A stretch of DNA of 64,000 nucleotides from NCBI GenBank assembly GCA_965209155.1, contig OZ242383.1, positions 4,096,001 to 4,160,000 on the forward strand, in the 5' to 3' direction. Made by a program: the position numbers and the translations under genes. The notes beneath the pieces were generated by a model. That model was not told the DNA's origin. It saw only the letters and a program-made list of their open reading frames with translations, and ran no database searches. Position 1 is the stretch's first letter, and each line of letters opens with the position of its first letter. The DNA is from a bacterium. GTDB lineage: Bacteria > SAR324 > NAC60-12. Positions 1 through 7,952 of the stretch are shown here, piece by piece.

Positions 1-526
1 TGGCGTAACCGTATCCCGATTCGATGGTCTGATAACGAAAAAAATGATGTTCCGAATGATTGCCGTCGAAAGGATTGGCTTTGATGATGGAAATCACCAC
101 CTTTTCCTCGTGATTTCTTAAATCGATACACCCGGATATGCGCGGGGTGAAATGGGGCGCATCGGGTTCGTGGGCCTGCGTGAGCAAAGCGCTTTCAAAA
201 GATTTTCCCTGCGCGATCCACTCACAAACCATGTCCGTTTGCTCACCATTGGTCACGAGGTAGCATTGGTCGATCTCATTCATGGCATTGTAGAAGATCA
301 GGGAAGCATCCCCGATTCTTGACGGATCTGCCGCTTGCGTTTGCAGGATTTGCTGGTCTTGCCTGAAAATGCGGTTGCGGCTGTTCTCGCTGCGCCCCAT
401 GATCCAGTAAACTTGCACCCATTGGTTCTCTGAATTTTTACCCAGAACTATACCTCGCCCCGGGTAGGCGTTGTGGACCAGACGCGTGTTCCAATGCTCG
501 GCCAGTACGGAAAGGTCGAGAGGCAT
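1..526 (-). CDS. IMP cyclohydrolase-like protein (PurO/Ntn-hydrolase type), runs off the window edge
   Basis: Not in the ORF track. Manual translation from ATG at 526 gives MPLDLSVLAEHWNTRLVHNAYPGRGIVLG...VYWIMGRSENSRNRIF; YPGRG and GRSxxSRNR are motifs of this family. Confidence 0.8.
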   Translation of the reverse strand, partial: MPLDLSVLAEHWNTRLVHNAYPGRGIVLGKNSENQWVQVYWIMGRSENSRNRIFRQDQQILQTQAADPSRIGDASLIFYNAMNEIDQCYLVTNGEQTDMVCEWIAQGKSFESALLTQAHEPDAPHFTPRISGCIDLRNHEEKVVISIIKANPFDGNHSEHHFFRYQTIESGYGYA

Positions 527-542
527 TTTAATCCTTGTCCTG

Positions 543-1178
543 TTATTGAGGCTGGAAACTGAGATGACGAGATGCCCCACTGCAATAGCGTAAATCCGAT
601 CGTTTCAGGACGGGTTTCCAGCCTGTTTCAAAATTATGTTCTCGCAAATAATCCCGCACTTCTCGAAACATCTCGAAATCATTCGCATCCACCCAAAAGA
701 AAAAGTAAAACTCGCTGGGAGAGTATTGACTGATAAGCGCATCCAGGGTTTCGGCCCGGTGCCACCATTCCCCTGCCTGGGGCCGGGGTTGAAAGTCCAG
801 ACAATGCCAGAAGTGCGTGTAAATGAGCAATTCCACGTCAAACTCCGCAAAGGAAAATTTTTTATCGGGCTCATCGGTGAATTGCAGGGAATCTTTCAAT
901 TTTTGATAAACCAGGGCACGGTCAAAGTAAAGCAAATGGTTGTCTCGGATCAAGAACAAGAGGCTCGATTTTTGTGAGTAGTGAGTCCAGGGAATCTCTA
1001 TTTTCTGGTTGACCAGCAAATCCACCTTTTCCTGTTGTGGTATGGGATCATCCGGGTCCAATAAGGAGACAAGGGCCATGAATACCGTCAGGATCACTAA
1101 AATACCCACGCTGTTGGAAACGATATCCACCAGTGAATCCAGTCCCAAAGGCGATATTCCAAATTTTCGTTTACGCAT
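543..1178 (-). CDS. Single-pass membrane protein, ExbD/TolR-like N-terminus with the TM aspartate
   Basis: Basic N-terminus MRKRK then DSLVDIVSNSVGILVILTVF, resembling ExbD PLVDV; third gene of a tight operon behind a MotA/ExbB homologue. Confidence 0.6.
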   Translation of the reverse strand: MRKRKFGISPLGLDSLVDIVSNSVGILVILTVFMALVSLLDPDDPIPQQEKVDLLVNQKIEIPWTHYSQKSSLLFLIRDNHLLYFDRALVYQKLKDSLQFTDEPDKKFSFAEFDVELLIYTHFWHCLDFQPRPQAGEWWHRAETLDALISQYSPSEFYFFFWVDANDFEMFREVRDYLREHNFETGWKPVLKRSDLRYCSGASRHLSFQPQ

Positions 1179-1181
1179 GTT

Positions 1182-1694
1182 TCAACTTTCAGACTGGTAT
1201 GGAATTTTCCAATGAGGCATCATGGGTTCCAGACCTGCATTGAGTCCATCAATTTGCTCGATGAGCAGCATGAGGATTTCCGCAGTAATGACGCCATCCG
1301 GATAAATCAACAGCAAGGGATAGTGTTCCGTGGATCCGAATGAACGTTTGATGCGTTGATTTTCTGACACCACGCGTCTCAGGTAACGACTCAAGGGACC
1401 ATTATTCAGCTGTATTTCCGCCAGCAGTGCCTGAAAAGGAAGGCGAAAGTCTTTTCCCTGGAACAAATCGTAAAAAACAATCTCGTCTTGAAAACATCGA
1501 ATGTACACAGGCTTCACGTAGTCAGGCGCTCCCACCCATTGAAATTCGACGACTTGCCTGTCGATCTCCGGAAGATTGGACTGTTTCAGTAGCAACAAAC
1601 TGACGGCGATGAAAGCCAATACGCCCATGATACAAATCAGGACGCTCAGGAATGGAAATAAAGACGTGAGTGGGAGTTTACTTCTTCGTCTCAT
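1182..1694 (-). CDS. Single-pass membrane protein, ExbD-like, lacking the TM aspartate
   Basis: MRRR then SLFPFLSVLICIMGVLAFIAV hydrophobic helix; start overlaps the upstream stop (ATGA). Confidence 0.55.
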   Translation of the reverse strand: MRRRSKLPLTSLFPFLSVLICIMGVLAFIAVSLLLLKQSNLPEIDRQVVEFQWVGAPDYVKPVYIRCFQDEIVFYDLFQGKDFRLPFQALLAEIQLNNGPLSRYLRRVVSENQRIKRSFGSTEHYPLLLIYPDGVITAEILMLLIEQIDGLNAGLEPMMPHWKIPYQSES

Positions 1695-3013
1695 GAAGAT
1701 CCTTCCCGATCCTTATTCGATTCCGGGGGAGGCGGCTTAGCAGGAAAGTCGTCGACCCGGGGAGATGCTGAAGAACCGATGTCCACCGCAGCGGCCATCT
1801 GATTCGCATTTTCCGCTGAGGAAGAATCAACGGCCTTTTGCGCAATTGGAACCATAGAGGGATCTGAAGATTCCGCCTCACCGGGTATTTCCGCACCAGT
1901 CTGAGGCTGTTCGTTTGCCTTCAAAGTTGGATCCGTATTTTCAACCATTGCGTCCTTCGTCGTAAAAAAGGCCTCACTGAACTCCCTCACCATCGGTTGC
2001 AGACCTTCGATCTGGTGCTTCAGACTTCCGGCATAGTTCGTTACCGAATCGATCAGCGGTTCGAGCCGGGCGATCCAGTTGCCGGAAAGTTGCATGATTT
2101 TTTGCATGTGCTCGTCAAAGGCTTCCCGTTCCACTTCGGATCCGGGGATGATGTGCAGGTGGGGTAAAACTTCCTCCAGACAGTACTCTTCCATCATGAG
2201 CAACAGGTCCTCCTCGGCTTTTCGCAGGAAGGAACTGAGGACCATGATGGGAATCACGCACATCAATGCCAGGAAGGTCGTATTGAACGCCAGGGAAAGG
2301 CCGCTGGTCACCCCTCCCAGGGCAGAGCGCATTTGCGTGCCCAATTCCACTGAATTGACTGAGCGAATGAAACCGGAAAATTCTCCAATCGCTTCTCCGA
2401 TACCAAATACCGTGCCTATGAATCCAAGTATCGGAATGGCCCAAATGAAGACGTTGAGCATCGAATAACTGTTTTCGGTGCGATTGAAATCGATTTGGGC
2501 CTGGTAGTCGAAGATCTTGTTGATTTCTTCCTTTTTGGGAATGGCTTTGATGTGATGAAAAATCCTCCGGATACGACGAAAAATCACGCTGTTCTGGTAT
2601 TTTTTAATTTTTTGTTCCTGCAAAAATTCACTGATTTCGCCAAGACATTCATCCGCAGTACGAACATAAATTCCTTGAGAAAGGATCGAATTCATTTTTT
2701 GATTACGAAACTGTTGAAAGGCCCGGTTTTGTTCACGGTAGCGGAAGTATTTCAAGACAATCATAAACAACGACCAGGCCGTCAACGCAGTGATGATTTC
2801 CGAAATTCTTCCGGAAAACAATTCCCGGACCTGGTAGTATTCCGAAACAGGCAGGTAAAGGATATAGAAGAATCCGGTTACGGTCAGCCCCAGCAGTAAC
2901 GCCTTCAAGACATCCATGTATTCGGTTGTTTTATCCTGGGGAAGATAGGCGCCGCAGCCTTGACAATAAACGGCGACGTCCTCATTCTTCATCTTGCAGT
3001 TGAGACATTTCAT
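1691..3013 (-). CDS. MotA/TolQ/ExbB proton-channel family protein with N-terminal zinc ribbon and long C-terminal tail
   Basis: CLNC...CQGC at N-terminus; channel motifs WAIPILGFIGTVFGI and GLSLAFNTTFLAL; helical then acidic/Pro-rich tail. Confidence 0.85.
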   Translation of the reverse strand: MKCLNCKMKNEDVAVYCQGCGAYLPQDKTTEYMDVLKALLLGLTVTGFFYILYLPVSEYYQVRELFSGRISEIITALTAWSLFMIVLKYFRYREQNRAFQQFRNQKMNSILSQGIYVRTADECLGEISEFLQEQKIKKYQNSVIFRRIRRIFHHIKAIPKKEEINKIFDYQAQIDFNRTENSYSMLNVFIWAIPILGFIGTVFGIGEAIGEFSGFIRSVNSVELGTQMRSALGGVTSGLSLAFNTTFLALMCVIPIMVLSSFLRKAEEDLLLMMEEYCLEEVLPHLHIIPGSEVEREAFDEHMQKIMQLSGNWIARLEPLIDSVTNYAGSLKHQIEGLQPMVREFSEAFFTTKDAMVENTDPTLKANEQPQTGAEIPGEAESSDPSMVPIAQKAVDSSSAENANQMAAAVDIGSSASPRVDDFPAKPPPPESNKDREGSS

Positions 3014-3235
3014 AACATTTTAAAATGGGACAAGGATCTTTGTGAATGCAGGAGGTTTTTGCAGTTAAAATGCCACTTTGATAATGCGGACAGGATTTAA
3101 ATTCTACTATCAGGAGGCATGGTAGGTCAAGACAATTGCCCGTATTTCCCAAATGCAATGTTCGTGAAGACGTGGAGAACGGGCGCGTCCTTTCAATAGG
3201 CTCTTCTCATCGTCTTCACGTGAAGGGTTGAGGAA

Positions 3236-4345
3236 TCACAGTTCCACAAAAATGGAATCGGGATGGAAAGCCAGCCAGGCAAAAGCGAAATGGACGCCGA
3301 AGTTCACCGGGGTGAGTTGGGATTGCAATTGCTCCCCGCTGAACCCCTGTCCCAGGGAATTCCAATTCCTGTTCTCGACAGTATCCCGCAATTCGGAACC
3401 GTCCCAGGTAAATTTCAATTGCTCCGGATTTTCCCAAACCGTCACTTGATCCACCAGCACTGAATTCTCAATGCTTCTGCCATCCAGGGCGGAGTTGGCC
3501 GAGGAGAGATTCAAAATCAGCAATTCTTCTCCATCCGCGCCTTCAAACCCGGCCCATTTTTTCCCGGCAACCGCGTCCAAAGGGAGGGTATAAAAGGAAC
3601 CATTCCATTCAATTCCGATCACCCGGGAAAGGGGAGGGAGTCTGGAATCTACCGGATTTCGCATCAAAAAAGGCGTCTGGGAACTATCGTAGCCGACGTA
3701 AGGATTTTGCCCGTAGGGTCGATAGTGTCTGGTTTCCTGGGAAAGGACCATTCCTTGCGGAAAAATGTTTTTGAATGCTCCAAAAGAAATGGCAGGGGAT
3801 GGTAGCATTTCCAAAGAAGTTCCCACCGCATCGCCGACTATTGCCTCTCCCGTCAATTGCTGCCACCAGGATTCGGTGGTGTGGTCCCACATCACCATAT
3901 CGCTGTTGCGTAATTTACCACTGACGCCAAATTTATGATTTTTCCCCTGGAAATGGGTATTGAAAATAATGGCGCTGTTGCAAAGCGGACAAAAAGTCGC
4001 AATGAATGATTTATCGTCAATCTCGTCGTTGACGATTTCATGCCAGATCAGGATGCGATAAGGATAAGCCCGTACTTCCTCTCCTTGTTGATGGACGAGC
4101 ACGGGTTCGGAATCCGGCAACCATTCCGATGCTTCTTCCACACTCTGAAAGCTCGGCTCGTATATCGGAGGAATGCCATCCCGGGGCGGACCTCCGGATA
4201 TAATTTCTTCAAAAGGAACTGTTTTTTTATCAAAATTCGTGTTGGTCCATCCTTCTCTTTTCCAATTACTACTGAAGCGGTCTTCTGCCTGTGAAAAAGC
4301 CACCAGCGGCCAAACCAATGCTATTAAAATCCATCCTATCCTCAT
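3236..4345 (-). CDS. DUF3179 domain exported protein
   Basis: Signal peptide MRIGWILIALVW; motifs SGGPPRDGIP, WHEIVND, FCPLCNS, FGVSGKL, WWQQLTGEAI. Start trimmed to ATG 4345. Confidence 0.85.
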   Translation of the reverse strand: MRIGWILIALVWPLVAFSQAEDRFSSNWKREGWTNTNFDKKTVPFEEIISGGPPRDGIPPIYEPSFQSVEEASEWLPDSEPVLVHQQGEEVRAYPYRILIWHEIVNDEIDDKSFIATFCPLCNSAIIFNTHFQGKNHKFGVSGKLRNSDMVMWDHTTESWWQQLTGEAIVGDAVGTSLEMLPSPAISFGAFKNIFPQGMVLSQETRHYRPYGQNPYVGYDSSQTPFLMRNPVDSRLPPLSRVIGIEWNGSFYTLPLDAVAGKKWAGFEGADGEELLILNLSSANSALDGRSIENSVLVDQVTVWENPEQLKFTWDGSELRDTVENRNWNSLGQGFSGEQLQSQLTPVNFGVHFAFAWLAFHPDSIFVEL

Positions 4346-4524
4346 ATCGGCTCCTTTGAGATTGGTGCAACTTCCATACTTTTGTAAATGTCTTTTGATC
4401 CGAAAATTTATTACATCGATCCCCTGAGATTTCATGCAATAAACCACCTTGCATTCATTTCGAGCAATACAAAAACCAAGAAAGGGTGAGTTGGTAAGAG
4501 AGCGGGGTTGTCTCCTCCAGTAAA

Positions 4525-4992
4525 TCAATACTTCCCTGTGTGAGAATAAATAGAATCCAATCCCACGTTACGCAGCATTTCTATTTCCACCGCCAACATT
4601 CTCTTTTCCTCTTCAGGAGAACGTTCATGGTCGTAACCGACCAAATGGGCGCACCCATGAGCCAGCAAGCGGAGCAATTCAGCCTCTTCGGACCATCCAT
4701 TATTACGTGCCTGTTCTTTAACGCGGTCCATGGAAATCACGATTTCTCCAAGCATCTCGCTCTCGGGATCATTCTCCCAATAAGACCAGGCAAGAACGTC
4801 GGTGGGTGCGTCCTGATCGCGGTAGTATCGGTTCAATTCCCGGATTTCATGGTCATCCGTGACATAGAGCGCAATGGCGCGTTCCGCGAAACCAAGGGTT
4901 TGCAAAAAACACTGCAGACAGGCCTTCAATTTTTTTATCGAAAGCGGCAGGGAGGTTGAAGTGGACCAGGATATGTCTGTCTTTTCCTTCAT
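4525..4992 (-). CDS. ybeY: rRNA maturation endoribonuclease YbeY
   Basis: LNRYYRDQDAPTDVL, LGEIVIS and HGCAHLVGYDH (H3xH5xH) motifs. Confidence 0.93.
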   Translation of the reverse strand: MKEKTDISWSTSTSLPLSIKKLKACLQCFLQTLGFAERAIALYVTDDHEIRELNRYYRDQDAPTDVLAWSYWENDPESEMLGEIVISMDRVKEQARNNGWSEEAELLRLLAHGCAHLVGYDHERSPEEEKRMLAVEIEMLRNVGLDSIYSHTGKY

Positions 4993-5145
4993 GTTGTTGA
5001 AGAACGGACTAATGGGCGCGAGTGCGCAAGGTACAAGAGGACGGATCAAGCGCTTTGTGGAAAAGATACAACAGTCTGAAACAAAAGGAAAAAGTTATTG
5101 GTAATCCGGAATTCCCGGTCTTTCATGACTTTCAATAACCCGGCT

Positions 5146-5517
5146 TCAGCCACGTTCCCTTCCTTCGGAATCCTTTGGGAGCTTGCTATCACAAGCACGG
5201 TGGTCCGCGATGAAGCGATAGATTTTTTTGCCCATGAAACGTACGAAGGCCATTCTCAACAGAAAAGAGAGAGGCTTCAGCAGCGGAGTTTTTCCGGCAA
5301 TTTGCAGGTATGCATCGTAACCGTAAAACAGTGTCTCGTCGGAGAGGGCGTAGAGGTCGCGATATCGATTCTGCAGGGCATCGGCATCTCGCGTGAATCG
5401 CTCCATTTCCGCTGCTTCCTGGTAGACGACCTCGGGAGTAGACATTTTGGCAAGTAGGGATACGACCCTGCAACAGAATCCACATCGCTCATCATAAAAC
5501 ACAATCAATCGCGCCAT
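5146..5517 (-). CDS. DCC1-like thiol-disulfide oxidoreductase (DUF393)
   Basis: VFYDERCGFC (DxxCxxC) and C-terminal YRFIADHR. Confidence 0.85.
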   Translation of the reverse strand: MARLIVFYDERCGFCCRVVSLLAKMSTPEVVYQEAAEMERFTRDADALQNRYRDLYALSDETLFYGYDAYLQIAGKTPLLKPLSFLLRMAFVRFMGKKIYRFIADHRACDSKLPKDSEGRERG

Positions 5518-5740
5518 CGGAAGACCTTGGCCAGAACGTACCGGTTGAACACTTTTCACTTAAATTTTTTCCAGTGCCAGTCCTGCAATCTGAAAAACAG
5601 AGGGATCCAGTCAGACAGAATGAGACATGAATATATTGATCTTTATGCAATTTTTTTCTCAATTGCATTGATTTACCTAAGTTTGGGAAAAGCATTTAAT
5701 AAATTCAATATGTTTTGAAATCTTCATATCTTGATAAACC

Positions 5741-5846
5741 TTGTCATTCCTGGCTTGACCAGGAATCCAGGGGTATGCGGCTAGCCGGAAATCTGGATTC
5801 CTCCCGGTCCCGGATCATCTCGGACTCGATCTGGGACCAGGATGAT
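5741..5846. repeat. REP/RPE-like composite palindromic repeat, copy 1
   Basis: TTGTCATTCCTGGCTTGACCAGGAATCCAG (5741-5770) is the exact reverse complement of 54998-55027; the second hairpin is also shared, with a few mismatches. Confidence 0.85.
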
Positions 5847-5949
5847 CCGGAATTGAGCGAAGATGACAAATACACTGGGATACTCCTATTTTTGAAGAGT
5901 AATGTCATACTCAGGTTGATAACTTTGCAGGAGATAGCGGGTGAAAGTT

Positions 5950-6342
5950 TCAAATGGTGGAATTTCCGGGGGTGGCATGTTTAGAATTCCGGAAATAAAC
6001 TCTGCGGATACTATCCAAAATGGTTTGGGGCAGTTCCTCGCCAAAGTTTTCGGTTCCATGGGTTTTGCTGTTTCCGAACAGACCGGCATAGACAAGTTCT
6101 CCATTTGTTTCAAAACTCACGGAAAACACCCACCTGGATTCTTCGTGCCATTCAAAGGCAACCATGCCATCAGGCTCCACGGCAACTTCCGGTGCGGGGA
6201 TCGTGTCAGGTAGCATATCAAGAAATCTCAGCGAATGTTCGTACGATTGGTTATTGACACTTTTGGCACCGTAACCATCCCAATCGTCCTCACTGCATTC
6301 TGCGACGGCGTTCCACAATACCCGACGTGTTTCTTGGTACAT
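5950..6342 (-). CDS. Conserved hypothetical protein (WDGYGA motif family)
   Basis: GGAGG RBS before ATG 6342; ECSEDDWDGYGAK and PEVAVEPDGMVAFEW motifs recalled from uncharacterised accessory-island proteins. Confidence 0.65.
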   Translation of the reverse strand: MYQETRRVLWNAVAECSEDDWDGYGAKSVNNQSYEHSLRFLDMLPDTIPAPEVAVEPDGMVAFEWHEESRWVFSVSFETNGELVYAGLFGNSKTHGTENFGEELPQTILDSIRRVYFRNSKHATPGNSTI

Positions 6343-6385
6343 TGATTCTATCCTCCAAGTATGGCTGTGATGTCTGGTGGCAATG

Positions 6386-7051
6386 TTATTTAAAAATACC
6401 TGGCCGAATGCGCTTGAGGAGTTGTCGCCAACCAAGCACGTCTGCGGCACGGGCTAAATCAATTGCCGTTGAATATGCTTGGGCCACGGTTTCGACCTGA
6501 TCCGGGATTTCGGGGGCTTGAATTTCTAATCTCGTGAAAGGGGCTGCTTCGTCTCCGGAAGGAAGTCTGGCAAATGGATTTTTACCCAAAGGCGGTTTCT
6601 GTAGCTTGGGTACTTGATGGTGTGCATGGAGCAAATCTTTGATTTTTTCATCAAATTGACTCTCATCCCTAAAGTCGATACCAAACCGTGGTCCTAAAAA
6701 TACCGGCATATTTTCTTTTCCTGAAGCCTGACGAATTATAGGAATGAACTTATTGGTTCCCAAGACCTGAACAAGCTGAGCCGTTACAATGAGCCTTTCG
6801 TATCCGACTCCACCCTCACCGGCACTCGCCTTTCTCACGTAACTGTCCGTACAAATAACCAATACCCTGTCGAAACTCTTGACGCCAACTTCCATGAATC
6901 GGGTCATGTCATCTCCCGGATGGAGGTCCCACTGGTCGAGTATAACATCAATGCCTTTTAGACGCAGTTTTGCGCCAAGTTCTGATACCCACTGTTTATG
7001 AGTTGGTGAATCGTGGTAATATGAAATAAACACCTTGGGATGTTCTGGCAT
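6386..7051 (-). CDS. TIR/SEFIR domain protein, possibly C-terminally truncated
   Basis: PKVFISYYHDS, LDQWDLHPGDD..FME, VLVICT..Y, GGVGYE (putative catalytic Glu), KFIPIIR. Confidence 0.9.
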   Translation of the reverse strand: MPEHPKVFISYYHDSPTHKQWVSELGAKLRLKGIDVILDQWDLHPGDDMTRFMEVGVKSFDRVLVICTDSYVRKASAGEGGVGYERLIVTAQLVQVLGTNKFIPIIRQASGKENMPVFLGPRFGIDFRDESQFDEKIKDLLHAHHQVPKLQKPPLGKNPFARLPSGDEAAPFTRLEIQAPEIPDQVETVAQAYSTAIDLARAADVLGWRQLLKRIRPGIFK

Positions 7052-7308
7052 TTTTGACTCCCGTTTTGTTAGGAACGAATCACAACATCAATCTTTTCAT
7101 AACGTGTTGCAGATAGATATTTTTCTCCAAAGATATTAACTGATCCAGGGTAGATCCTCAAGGGGATGTCCCAATCGATAAAAAGAGAACAACAGTTAGC
7201 TCTCTTTGAGATTGACTCTTTGAATGTCGTTTGCTATATTTTGGATTGTTACTCACTATAGTAGTCAGGCGATAATTTTTGGAAAAGTTTGACACCAGGA
7301 GACCTAAA

Positions 7309-7566
7309 ATGGCTGAAGAGGTAAAAAACGATGAGAGTCGTTCTTTTAAGCTCAAAGTGAATGGCATTGAAATTGAAGTTTCTTCTCAAAAACTAATTGC
7401 AAAAGAAGTTTTGAAACTCGCAGAAGAAAAAGGAGCAATCCCCGGTAAAGCGGAAGGTTATATCTTGCAGGGAGACAAAGGACAGTATAAAGACGATGAC
7501 CCGGTTGATCTGGAGGAAGACAGCCAATTCATCACGATTCCCGACAAACCCACCCCGGTAGCGTAG
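7309..7566 (+). CDS. Ubiquitin-like (multiubiquitin-type beta-grasp) protein, 85 aa
   Basis: AGGAG RBS then ATG 7309; pattern FKLKVNG...EVLKLA...YIL...DDPVDL...FITIP; directly upstream of E2 and E1 homologues. Confidence 0.8.
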   Translation: MAEEVKNDESRSFKLKVNGIEIEVSSQKLIAKEVLKLAEEKGAIPGKAEGYILQGDKGQYKDDDPVDLEEDSQFITIPDKPTPVA

Positions 7567-7577
7567 CTTTTTCTGAG

Positions 7578-7952
7578 ATGTCCAACAGTATAGAACAGAT
7601 TAAAACCGAGTTGGAATCCTTGGGACATGAGACCTCCCTGTTTGATAGCCCACAAGGAAAAGCGGTTTCTTTCGACTATACCGTCGAGACGGGTCCCTAC
7701 AAAGGCAAGCAAGTCAGGCTGGGTATCAGCTTTCAAGGAAGCGAACCTTATCCTGAATATCCTCCCCACTGGGTTCATGTATCTCCGCCAATTGACGATG
7801 GCAGAGGAGGAGTGGTTGAAAAATACGACGTAAACGGGTGCGAATGGCTCGCAATGAGCAGGCCCCCCGGGGAAATATGGGACCAGCTACCGACAAAGCA
7901 CATGGCCGCCTACCTGAATGAACATTTACGACGAATCTGGATAAATGCATGA
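7578..7952 (+). CDS. Prokaryotic E2/UBC-fold protein
   Basis: UBC-like YPEYPPHW motif, downstream WLAMSRP..W and C-terminal helix; lies between Ubl and E1. Confidence 0.78.
   Translation: MSNSIEQIKTELESLGHETSLFDSPQGKAVSFDYTVETGPYKGKQVRLGISFQGSEPYPEYPPHWVHVSPPIDDGRGGVVEKYDVNGCEWLAMSRPPGEIWDQLPTKHMAAYLNEHLRRIWINA

Noticed and set aside
543..3013. Zorya ZorAB or flagellar MotAB
   Set aside because: Neither partner shows an OmpA-like peptidoglycan-binding motif; no zorC/D/E or flagellar genes adjacent.
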